Assembly: GCF_033153115.1 (NCBI RefSeq)
Contig: NW_026889763.1
Span: forward strand, 5,518,001-5,582,000
Direction: 5' to 3'
DNA length: 64,000 nucleotides
From: Saccostrea echinata
Taxonomy: Eukaryota
Position numbers and translations under genes: made by a program. This document shows, in pieces, positions 1 through 11,830 of this stretch; the first letter of the stretch is position 1, and every line of letters begins with the position of its first letter. Below the pieces are notes generated by a model, which worked only from the letters and a program-made list of their open reading frames with translations, had not been told where the DNA came from and ran no database searches.

Positions 1-847
1 ATCACAGCTAGCGGCAATCATCTGATAACAAGAACATTTTCTTCCAGCGAACAATTTTGTTTGCTGCAAGCTTGCAGCAGACTTGCTGCACGTCAGCAGC
101 AAGTATGACAGTTTGGTAACGGTGTAACGATTTTCAACATTACATTGTGTTTATATCAAAAGTTTCACTGCATATATATCGGTAAATATTTACAAAACCA
201 TGTGTGTATATCAATTCATAGAGTTGAAATCGATCTTTAAATTTATAGTTAAGATATGACAACGGTAAATTTGTAAGCGACATAAAAAATTCTTATTGGG
301 CATGCCTTTGTAGAATGACTGAATTACGATAAACACATCAAATGTATTTGGTTAACTTACATACATTACATATTAACATATGATTACACATTAACTTCTA
401 ATAAACAAACAAAATATTTCAATTCTTTTTATATGTTTAATACTGTACACAGGGTAATCTTGCAATATTTGTCCAATTTTAAATTTGATTAGACATGCTT
501 CTGTTTAAGAAATTATGTTGTTTTCTTTGAAATCACTCTGTTTTAAATTTGCCTTGTCGAGCTGATGGCGAAAGAGGGCAAAATAGAACAGGGGGATTCT
601 TTGTATACAGTAGTTTATATTTTCTTTGCATGTCTTTGAATCATATCTTGTTTTTTTTAACAGGTCTGGACCCAATATCCGTTATCTTGGATGTGTTCTT
701 GCCCTTGTCCCTGATGATAAGCCAGAGTTCAGGAAGAAAATTCTCCTGGGGCTAAACTTTTACAGCAATGAATACTCAGTTGGGGGGGGGGAGGGAGGGT
801 TATCGTAGGCAACCAGTAAGTTTCTTTGGGTCTTGCTTCACCATATA

Positions 848-1064
848 CTGTAGATTCCTAAATATACGCGAAGAATTTATAATCGCGTAATTACGCGAGA
901 AGCACCACTCGCGAAATAAAATTACACGCTTTTATTTTTATGGTGATGAAATCCATGATAATTCTCTTGATCAACCGCCCACTCGCGAATTATTTTTCTC
1001 GCAATTTGACGTTCAAGAGCCATTTCGCGATAATAAGTACTCGCGAAAAATAAGGAATCTACAG
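848..1064. mobile_element. Tc1/mariner-like MITE
   Basis: TIR CTGTAGATTCCT...AGGAATCTACAG flanked by TA on both sides; internal TCGCGA repeats. Related decayed copies near 441-612 and 36263-36475. Confidence 0.7.
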
Positions 1065-3665
1065 TAGTATTATCTGGGAAAAACATTTACTGTATGACTG
1101 TGTCTCTTTTGGCTGTGTGTCTTCAAGATATTCCATTAAATTTGGCAGAATTAGGTTAAGTAAATTCATTCAATCTACTTGGATTGCATAGGTTTTGTGC
1201 ATGTATCATTAGTGAAATCCTTTTTAAACTCTATTTCGCGGCTAGGATAAGGTGTCCGTAAAATATCAAAGTGTTCCAACTGAAGTAACATCTGTGAACT
1301 ACCTAAATATGACGTCATAATAGCATATGACGTCAAGTCACTGCGTACTTGTGCTAACATGACGGGGAAAGTGTCATAACTTTTACATTCTTTTTACATG
1401 ACAGGTAAAGATTTTTTAGCGTTGTTGTTTGATTCAAGAGTGTGGATTGTTCTTTAAGTTTAAGTGAGCTGTTATGATGTTGAATCTTTGCAATTTAAAA
1501 TCGCTATTCCATTAACTTATCAAATATACATATATTCAAACAATAAAAAAAAATTGAATGTGAAACGCTACCCCTAACACGTCCGTGGACAGAGTTAGAA
1601 TTTATAAATCGTGTATATATTTGACTGGCACAAGTGATTAATAAGAATATATTGAAGATATTCTGTGTGAATCTACTAGAGAAGTATGTTGCTGGGGGAT
1701 TGTATGTAATTTATCCTATTTTGTATAAATTGCGATAAAGAGTGGAAAATGTACCCTTGTATGTTGGTAAGTTGAATTTCTCGTGGAATATTTTCTTAAG
1801 AAGTAAAATTCAGACTTGCCCCTAGCACTTTATATGTACCAAAGATCACGATGAATCGACTTATGTGTTAATTTTTTCTCAATAATATTGTATTGCACTT
1901 GTGCCGATGCGATTTTTTGTGCAACATATAGGAATTTAAAGTGTCCGTCACGTGATCAACGAAGTCATGTGACATCACAAAAATGCATTATTATAATACC
2001 TGATTACACTCTCGTCACAAGTTGACTGCAAATTCATACATAGATTACAAATTGAAATTAAAATCTAGCTCAAAATAAAATGGATATTTTCATGCATATT
2101 AAGCCTTCGGACAGCCTTAACATAGCTGCGTTATTAAAGAATGTACTTTTTATATGAAGTTAACAATGTCAAATATGCATATTTACCATCAAATCACTCA
2201 CACAACTCAGATATCAAACATTTGTTTCATTGAAGATTTTCTTTAAACCCTCTTTAATAATTCTAAATGACTTAGCTTCTCTAAAATGAAATTCCCCATA
2301 GTATTTTAGTGTGTTGTGTTATGGCAACGGTTATTGCGTTAGCGCGGCAGTATGTTGTGAACAATGCGCGTTGCATTGTGTCTAACGCCGTGTCATAGAC
2401 TTATGTAAATGACTCTATCGGCACACTATACATTCGGTATCTCAGCAAGGTCAATTTCTAAAGAAAAGTTGAAACAACTTTTTTCATAAATCATGAAAAT
2501 ATCAAGTAAAACAGTTTTATATTAGTTAAATGAATAAGTTTAACCAAAAAAAAATTAATTTTTAATTTAAAGTTTCACAATAATGTCCTATAAAATGATA
2601 AAAAATGTAGTATATATTTATATTGGTTTTTTAAAAAAGGTAACTGTTTGAACATTATAGAAAGTTTTCAATTTTTTTATTATTTTAGAATTTTATATTT
2701 GCATCATTTACAACCAAAATTGGTCAAAAAATAAATACCAATCCAGGCATTCATGTGTCATATGTCCTTAAAACCTGTTTTAACCCCTGTACTAAAGAGT
2801 TTTTTTTATGTTTTATATGTATGTAAGAATTAATATTGAATTCCACCTTAAAAGAAGGAAGACATATTAATACTGATTTTATTTATAAATTAACTTATCA
2901 GATCATTGTCGTACATTTGATTGGATTTCACTAATAGTCCTTTGTTCCAAATCTGCTTATCTTCCGACTGGGACTAAAAAAAATGAACGTTGACAAAAGA
3001 AGTATTTCATTTTCTACAAACATACGAAAGCCATTTTATGGACATGTGGATATACATGAATAAAAGTAAACAGAAATTATGTCTTTTATAACTTTTTTGG
3101 CATTATCTGTGATTAAAGTATACTTACTAATAGGTGTAGGTACCCGACAAAGACCTAAGAGCAAATTAATTATCATATTAATATGACTTCTCATATTACT
3201 AGTATATGATATGGCCCATCAATTCGCGTTTTATTCGATAAAATGATTGTCATATAGAAAATAAATCATAAAATATCTATTATTATCTATGCTACGTTGA
3301 AAAAAGCAATTTCTTAATTGGTACATTTGAATTTCACTATGTGGTTGCTGGAGCAATGATAAATATACATGTAATACTATAGTTTGAAATGTGTGAACAT
3401 TTCATTAGTTTCTTCATACCACAAAATCAACAAAATTAACCCCCTACCACCACAAAAATCGGAGATTTCACATACTTATTAGGAAGCGTGATGTAAACAC
3501 GTTCTTAATGTCTCATATACTAGCTAATATTCTCTGTTATCCTTTTACTACAAATTGCCAATTCTTATAGAATAAACATACTATTTAAACTGTAGATATA
3601 ACAAAATGTTCTAATTACTGGAAATCATTTTTTTTAATTGACAACGTAAAATAATGCATTCAAAC

Positions 3666-6600
3666 CTGTCGTAGCTTGGTTAAGGTGATGATCTTCGACG
3701 CATTTTAAATCCAGATGAGCCTTAAGCATGGATCTCTGTGGAGTGGACAGTGAAGGTGTCCGGGATAGGAGAGAGACATGAACAGATGTCCTGTCACAAG
3801 TTCCCTGTATTTCAGGAGCATAACACATGTACACCAGGGCAACGTTTTCGTAGTCCGTGTAAGCAACTCGTAATGCAGCTAGATGTTTTCAAAAAGTAAT
3901 GATTGTAGCAAGAAAACAACATATAAAACAAGAAAGGAACTAATGATGAAACAAGCAAAGATTAGTTAAAATATAGTGATCAAAGAGACAAAATACTGAG
4001 TATAAACTCAATCTTTTTTCACTAAATCGAGCATGTTACATGTATTGTGTTTGACTTGGTCCATTTATAAAAAAAATTGTACATAATCTATGTGCACAAT
4101 ATGTACATTATGAGCATATTCTTTTTAATTTTTTAAGTTAAGCATGACGTCAACGTGTAACTTTGATACTGCATGACTTACATGTGTATCTATACTCTCA
4201 TACCTATCCACTGATGTCAGTGTGAATCTTTGATACCTCATGATTTACCTTTTTATCTCCCTCTGACGTCATTGTATAATTTTGATACCTCATGACTTAC
4301 CTTTTTACCCTCCCTCTGACGTCAATTTGCAACTATGATACCTCATGACTTACATTCATACTTTCCTTATGACGTCAATGTGTCACTTTGATGCCTTATG
4401 ACTTACCTTCATACCTTCCCTCTGACGTCAATGTGTATGAGCCTCCAGTTCCGCTCAAGAGTCCGGTATTAGGAGAAGTACAAGACTGTGTGCGAGGACT
4501 TGAAAAAATGATTTATCTGTTGTATGTTTTGCATATTTCTTCATTCTTTTTTGCAATTAAAAGTATGTCCATGGATTAATTATTTTCCTGTCAACAAATT
4601 TAGTACTCAATGGACGTGTGAAGTCATGTAAATGATACATTTTAGAAAAAAGGTATCATTTCAAACATTAATCGAGAAATAAATACGGGCTGGTCACCTG
4701 ATCAAATCCTATAAAGGCCATTGATTGACCACAAACCATCCCGTACTTATATCATAATAAATGTTTAAAAATGATACCTTATTACTAATACGAGTATTTG
4801 CACATTGTAACAAATTATTTGCATATTATAGGTTTAAAGCTATGGAATGATTTTTTTTAAAACCTCAACGGTATAAATTGATTGTATTGAACACATCGAT
4901 CAATGTGAAATAACGTCGATAAAAAATAAATTTGTAGTGGTGTGATGAACCTGCATGTATTTGAACAGGTTTCAATGCGCATTGCTCATGATCAAATAAT
5001 AATTGCTCAATTACTAAGTATAACATATATTAATTATGGGAAACACTTGCAAATGTAAATATGTATGTGTAAATCTAAATACGGAAAATCTTAGAAGGAA
5101 TCCACGTGAATTAGAGTACTGTAAAAGTAAATATTTAAGCTTGGACAGAGGGATATACTCCGAGTACTCGAAGAGAATTCTTTTAAATATGATACCCGTC
5201 TTTCAATGCCGTACATAATTTAGAATGTCACGGCTAGTATTCAAAATTGATAACATTTGGTCCTCAGTTGCGAGCACGAGGTTTGGTAAGAATGGAGCCG
5301 TACGTTGACCGAACTGAAAAAGGTGTAAACTGTAATTTGCATATCAAATCAGGGACTCATAGGCCTTGACTGCGAATTTTTTATCATGATCGAGGCTATT
5401 AACATTTGGTAAATTTCTTCCAATCTGGATCAGCAGTTCTGGATTCATGGGAAATTCATTGTATTTTCTTTTGGCACAAAACTCATTGTTATTATTATCA
5501 TTAATATTTAAACATATAATGTTTGTCTGCTATATGCTTGAGAGTACAATTTTTTAAAAGATACATCAAAATAAAATATGCATCTTAGATTAGTATACAG
5601 TTAAAGTATATCATTGAGGGAGTTAGAAAGATTCCAGTTCCCCAAGGCCAGGACTATTTCCCGAGGCGAAGCCGGGGGAAATGGTCCTGGTTATGGGGAA
5701 CTGGAATCTTGCTATCTCCCTCAATGATATACATTTAACTGTTTTATTACACCGATACAAACGTAAAATTTAGAGGATTCAGATAGCGTGATTTCACAGG
5801 AGGGATTAGCTCACTGAACTAACACATGGGTATTAGTCCATTCACATATCATACCAATGTAAAAGTAAAATCTAGAGGATTACGGATAACCAGGAATTAG
5901 CTTTTGATGCAGGGATTAGCTCACTTGACTAACGCACGGGGATTAGTCCATTCATAACGATTTCTAGGGAATTAGTCACATCTAACAATCTAATGATATA
6001 TAAGGAAAACATCAGTAGAGGTATAATAATCATACTTATAATCGTCTAATCAGCTTGAGGAACCTGAAATCAAAACGTTATGGTCGCCCGCGTGGCGCAG
6101 TGGTTAGAGCGTCTGCTCTAGAGTCGCGAAGTAAGGAGTTGATCCTTACGTCGCGGGTTCGAATCCCACTGTGGGACGTGGAGACCGGTCCTTCGGATGA
6201 GACCGTATAAACCGAGGTCCCGTGTCGCTGTAGGTGCTGGCACGAAAAAGATCCCTCACTGCTCAATGGCCGTAAGTGCCGAGTAAAGGACAAAATTTGC
6301 AGCTCTCCACCGGCAAGTGGTGGCATCTCCATATGAGTGAGAGGAACGTTAAACAACATACAATCAATCAATCAATCAAAACGTTATGATAGAGTGTTTA
6401 CTTTTAATCTTTTTATTATATAACTATTTTAATCAATTCGTTGCTCGAATCATGGACCCGGAAACATGATTTTAACAATTCATTATCTGTTAGAATCGTG
6501 CAAACATTTTACCTGTGTGATGTACAGTAATAAAGTACATTCTTGAAGAAGACTGCAGATAGAAATATATCTCATATGATTGACCTAGAGGATCAAATCA

Positions 6601-9415
6601 ATGGTTTTGAATTTATGGATTTGATAAAATAAATATTGAAATATAAAAAAAATCCTTTATAGTCAAATGGTAAAGAATCTTTAAAAAAATGTCTCGAAAT
6701 CTCAATTTAATTCATTTCTGATACACTTTTCTGATACTTTTTGTTTGTTTTTCTTCTCGTTTTGAGAAAAATTATATTGAAGAGATTTATTGAATACTGG
6801 GAACTATTATATATGTATATGCTTTGAATATTCTACTTTTGTACCATAATTTCAGCATTATTTGGCATACAATTGAGTATAATCACTAGTGAATATAGAA
6901 CATAGTAGCTGAATAAGTCGTACTTACGAAAACCCAGTGTAGGCCATATATAGCTGACCATCATTTCCTCGTTTAAAGGTCCATACCTGGGAATACCAGG
7001 TGCCGTCTCCCCATTGGAACGTTGTCCTTTCTAATTCATGCCATGTACCAAGAAACTGGACAAAAAAAATTAAATGTTTAGAATAATAGTATATCAACGA
7101 TTTATATCTATTTATTACTAAGCTACAACTCTTACTACTACGGAAGCCCTGGAGGGACAATGACTTACTTGTTATGACTTTTTTTATTTTAGCTTTTTGT
7201 TGCTGGTTATAACTAATGCTTAGAAAGTGTAGCTTGGCTTACGTGAAATATTAAAATGATATGTTTAGTCCTAGTTTAACTGTGGTTTTTAAGGAAACCC
7301 TGGAGGGACATTGATTTACTTCTTAGGTGTTTTGATTTAATTCTTATGACTTAATTGTAAATTCTTGTTATTTACATTTGTTACCACACGTTTACTTAAC
7401 CAATAAAAAGTGGCATGCAAGATGGAGTGTAGTTTCGGAAAACAAGAATATTTTGCCTTTAAATTTATTACTAATGACAAGATGAAATAGTAGTTATGTT
7501 CATGTGTTCAATGAAGTTACAAATAAGAACTAAGTAGTATCTATTAAGTAACAAGAAATATCAAATAAAATGAACAAATAAGAATTAAGTTATAACAGCT
7601 AAGTAAGAAGATTGAACGTATAAGAATTATGAAGTAATTACAACTGTACTGGACGTGAAACAACAATTAATCAATCAAAAACCACAGTTAAACTAGGACT
7701 AAACATATCAATTTAATAATACACGTAATCACAACTGTACTGGACGTGAAACAACAATTAATCAATCAAAAACCACAGTTAAACTAGGACTAAACATATC
7801 AATTTAATAATACACGTAATCACAACTGTACTGGACGTGAAACAACAATTAATCAATCAAAAACCACAGTTTAACTAGGACTAAACATATCAATTTAATA
7901 ATACACGTAATTACAACTGTACTGGACGTGAAACAACAATTAATCAATCAAAAACCACAGTTAAACTAAGACTAAACATATCAATTTGATAATACACGTA
8001 ATCACAACTGTACTGGACGTGAAACAACAATTAATCAATCAAAAACCACAGTTAAACTAGGACTAAACATACCAATTTAATAATACACGTAATCACAACT
8101 GTACTGGACGTGAAACAACAATTAATCAATCAAAAACCACAGTTAAACTAGGACTAAACATACCAATTTAATAATACACGTAATCACAACTGTACTGGAC
8201 GTGAAACAACAATTAATCAATCAAAAACCACAGTTAAACTAAGACTAAACATATCAATTTGATAATACACGTAATCACAACTGTACTGGACGTGAAACAA
8301 CAATTAATCAATCAAAAACCACAGTTAAACTAGGACTAAACATACCAATTTAATAATACACGTAATCACAACTGTACTGGACGTGAAACAACAATTAATC
8401 AATCAAAAACCACAGTTAAACTAGGACTAAACATACCAATTTAATAATACACGTAATCACAACTGTACTGGACGTGAAACAACAATTAATCAATCAAAAA
8501 CCACAGTTAAACTAGGACTAAACATATCAATTTAATAATACACGTAATCACAACTGTACTGGACGTGAAACAACAATTAATCAATCAAAAACCATAGTTA
8601 AACTAGGACTAAACATATCAATTTAATAATACACGTAATTACAACTGTACTGGACGTGAAACAACAATTAATCAATCAAAAACCACAGTTAAACTAGGAC
8701 TAAACATACCAATTTAATAATACACGTAATTACAACTGTACTGGACGTGAAACAACAATTAATCAATCAAAAACCACAGTTAAACTAGGACTAAACATAT
8801 CAATTTAATAATACACGTAATCACAACTGTACTGGACGTGAAACAACAATTAATCAATCAAAAACCACAGTTAAACTAGGACTAAACATATCAATTTAAT
8901 AATACACGTAATCACAACTGTACTGGACGTGAAACAACAATTAATCAATCAAAAACCACAGTTAAACTAGGACTAAACATACCAATTTAATAATACACGT
9001 AATCACAACTGTACTGGACGTGAAACAACAATTAATCAATCAAAAACCACAGTTAAACTAAGACTAAACATATCAATTTAATAATACACGTAATCACAAA
9101 ACCAAACTACACGGTCTTAATAGCTACCTTTCACTTAGTTATATAACCAGCAACGAAAAAGTCAAAACAAATAAATAACAACAAATAAGCTAAAATATTA
9201 ATGTCATAATAACAAGTACGTCTGTGTCCCTCCAGAGCAAGAATTAAAATAAGAATTAAAAACAAAACTGAACAGGCAAACAACATACTTACTCCAGTTT
9301 CATTAAAGTAGTTTACTAAACGCGTGCCATCAAAATCACATCTAACTGCTTGTAAGTCTCTGATGTTAATTAAAAGTACAAAAGATAAAATCAATGTAAG
9401 GTAATGTTTAAACAT
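3666..9415 (-). CDS. Secreted lipocalin, retinol-binding protein/purpurin-like (4 coding exons found; last exon uncertain)
   Basis: Exons 9415-9293, 7055-6928, 4498-4407 and 3878-3666 join in phase with GT-AG ends. Protein: MFKHYLTLILSFVLLINIRDLQA (signal-peptide-like) VRCDFD...FNETG|FLGTWHELER (SCR1 GxW)...QSCTSP...RVAYTDYENVALVYMCYAPEIQGTC (SCR2 TDY; C-x8-C as in RBP4)...LLSRTPSL (SCR3)...LKCVEDHH. Either spliced at 3665 or read through to the stop at 3634. Confidence 0.8.
4146..4436 (-). repeat. About 53-bp tandem repeat (~5.5 copies) derived from the 3' end and splice donor of lipocalin exon 3
   Basis: Unit (+) tgacgtcaatgtgtcactttgatacctcatgacttaccttcataccttccctc; the rightmost copy overlaps the exon end GAAG|GTAAGT at 4407/4406. 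Confidence 0.85.
4648..4785. repeat. Decayed hairpin element, same family as 57219-57370
   Basis: aaggtatcatt...aatgatacctt inverted arms; shares ataaatacggg.tggtcac..gatcaaat with the copy at 57.2 kb. Confidence 0.65.
5598..5742. repeat. About 145-bp palindrome centred on GGCGAAGCC
   Basis: cagttaaa.gtatatcattgaggg...gattccagttcccca arm pairs with tggggaactggaatc...ccctcaatgatatac.tttaactg. Confidence 0.8.
6083..6373 (+). mobile_element. Intact tRNA-derived SINE with 15-bp TSD
   Basis: A box TGGCGCAGTGG, B box GGTTCGAATCC, (CAAT)n tail; TSD AATCAAAACGTTATG at 6068-6082 and 6374-6388. Confidence 0.92.
7641..9099. repeat. 91-bp minisatellite, 16 near-identical copies, in lipocalin intron 1
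   Basis: Unit caactgtactggacgtgaaacaacaattaatcaatcaaaaaccacagttaaactaggactaaacatatcaatttaataatacacgtaatca. Confidence 0.97.
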
Positions 9416-9829
9416 GTCTAAAACTAATATCTCGAAAATTCCCAACTTATACAAAACTTCTCAATTGTCTGTACACTATCTATTAAGATTATGACCGTGA
9501 GAACTATGTCTTTAAGAACTATGCCTTTCTTTTGTTAGATAATGAAATTTACGGCACGCCAGTTGGATCAAAGAGTTTCTTTTTTCTTTTAGACATATTA
9601 GTAACATACAACTTTCGATACGCATGATTCATCTTTTGGAATATGATTGGTGATACTATGTACGAACAATTTCTAAGACGAGGAAAGCTACTGACAAGCA
9701 AATTGATGACAGAATCATATCAACAATCTGAGATTAAAGTCAACATTTGGCAAAATCTGTGGTCGACAAAATGACTTGTTATACCTTTAAAAATTAGTTC
9801 CTATATAAATCTATACTACAACAAGTGAA

Positions 9830-10725
9830 AATAAGACGTGTTTGGGAAAGATTGATGCCCCCGTTTGACAACTTACAGCGAAGGTTAAACTTTCTCAAAT
9901 GCAAATCAGGGGTCCGTTTTACAAAACAACTTACGACTAAGACCAAAATTTAATTCTGCTTATAACTTTTTAATTTACATTATATTGAAAATGGTTTTGA
10001 TCTTTTTAAAAGGAATGTAGTAAGTTATTTTTACGCTAGCAATTTTAAACAGAATCATTGATTTTGCAAAATTTTACAATCAACTTAAATTTTTGGTCTT
10101 AGTCGTAAGTTCTTTTGTAAAACGGGCCACATATATGTTGGTACCCAAAGTACAATGTAAGGTCTTGTCTCGAGGAATATATCTGTGAAATATGAAAGCA
10201 CTAGCTGCAATCATTGATGAAAACATATAGAAAATTTTAAAGTTTTTCAAAAGTAAGTCAAACATCAAGGTCAAATGGTCAAAATAAACGGTGCCCAAGG
10301 AAATGCCTTTTCACAAGAAATACACGTGAAATATGAAAGCCCTAGCACCAACCGTTCAAAAGTTACGGCCAAGGTTAAAGTTTTTCAAAAGTAGGTCAAG
10401 CTCCTGGGGTCAAAGTTGTTAGTATCCAAAGTAAGATCTTGTCACAAGGATTACATACGTGAAGTATAAAAGCCCTAGCTCCAACCGTTCAAAAGTTATG
10501 GCCAAGGTTAAAGTTGGATAAAATTTTGCCAACCTGGGACAAACTCCAAGGTCAAAGTCAATAGGTCAAATATGATCGTACCCAAAGAAAGGTTTTGTCA
10601 CAAGAAATACACATGTGAAACATGATAGCCATAGCTTCAACCAATCAAAATTTGTGGCCAAGGTTTAAGTTTTTGCGGACAAACAGACAGCTAGAAAGAA
10701 TCTTCGATAACGGGGGTATAAAAAA
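9830..10725 (-). mobile_element. Helentron-associated interspersed element (HINE-like) with decayed ~140-bp internal repeats
   Basis: Repeated aaaagttatggccaaggttaaag/ttgtcacaagg units, GACA microsatellite remnant, and gggggtataaaaa terminus matching tgcccccg at the other end. Confidence 0.6.
9910..10128. mobile_element. PIF/Harbinger-like MITE nested in the HINE
   Basis: About 45-bp TIR ggg.ccgttttacaaaa.aacttacgactaagaccaaaa / ttttggtcttagtcgtaagtt.ttttgtaaaacgggcc. Confidence 0.7.
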
Positions 10726-11055
10726 GTCTAACATTTCTAATGTTTTACTGAGCGGTTTTTAAAAAAATGATATTTGACCGCCGAGTGAGATATTGGACCT
10801 GTGGACGAGATATTGGACCGCTTACGTCACACTGTGGGTATGATCAGGAAAATCTTATCTGCATTCGATGGTATAGAAGCCAGCAAAAGATACATGTATA
10901 ACAAAAAAAATGAATAAATAAATGAAAGGTATAACAAAACATTTATTGAATGTGTTCTCGGGCAAAATGCGTTTTGTCGACCCTCAAACAGTTTGGTTCT
11001 TTGGTCATACAAAAAAAGCATGTTGCCCTTAAAACCCAGTCAATAAATGTATATT
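10721..11055 (+). repeat. Dispersed repeat with terminal hairpin; second copy at 43935-44292
   Basis: Both copies: aaaaagtctaacatt..ttttactgagcgg..gatattgga..aaacatttattga..acccagtcaataaatgtata. Confidence 0.75.
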
Positions 11056-11639
11056 ATTTACATATACAATCTATTGTTAGGTCGAATATTGACTGAATTT
11101 TTCATTTAAATTGTTAATTAGGCCATCATTTTCATATTAAATTGTCTTAAGCTGATCATGACAAGAGGGCTCATGGGCGGGTGTGACCAGTCGATAGGGG
11201 ATGCTTACTCCTCCGTAGTTTCTTATCCCACCTGTGATGTTTTCAGAGATCCTTGTCTTGCTCTGCTCACAAATTGTATTGTTTATATGGTATTTTGGTC
11301 ATAATTTTTTTTTTATATATATTCACATCATTAGGGTTAGATTCTTATTAATTCTCATTTAACCTTTCTTAATAAGCAATCAGCAGCAAGGACCAGAGTG
11401 CCCAATATATTTTGTAGAATATCGAGATTTAAAATATATTTATGCGAATAATAAAACAGTCTTTATTTCATGCATCAATATTTAACAACCAAATATTAAA
11501 TTAGAAAGACAATCCAAAACAATGTAAACTCTATTCCGTAACAATGTAGGAATCTATGAACTGCAGATGAGTGGAGAATAGAAATAACCAATGTAAGCCT
11601 TAAATCCTTTGTTATCTCATTGTTTATTAATCCTCTAAA

Positions 11640-11830
11640 TCTCTCAAACATCTAAACACAGAAACATGTCTACTGTGTCTATAAATATCTAAACAGAGAC
11701 ACAGGTCTACATCTAAAGACAGAAAATCGTCTACTCCCTATCTCTCTCTCCAAATATCTTATCACAGAAACCGTCTCTACTGCCTGTCTACAAATATCTA
11801 AACACAGAAACACGTCTACTGTCTCTACAC
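11640..11830 (-). repeat. Decayed ~39-bp tandem copies of the last codons and stop of the TRIM-like gene
   Basis: (+) aaatatctaaacacagaaacacgtctact, the CDS end, recurs about 4 more times into the 3'UTR. Confidence 0.7.

Noticed and set aside
5200-5313. Candidate lipocalin middle exon
   Set aside because: No suitable donor or lipocalin similarity; 4498-4407 fits the phases and supplies the expected Cys.
6083-6175. Functional tRNA gene
   Set aside because: Continues into a SINE core and CAAT tail with a TSD; no proper acceptor stem or terminator.
7641-9099. CRISPR-like regular array
   Set aside because: No unique spacers, no cas genes and a eukaryotic intronic context; a plain minisatellite.
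11170-11265. SECIS driving readthrough of neighbouring genes
   Set aside because: The module is antisense to the TRIM-like gene (TAG stop), and the copy at 49.5 kb is antisense to PAAT.
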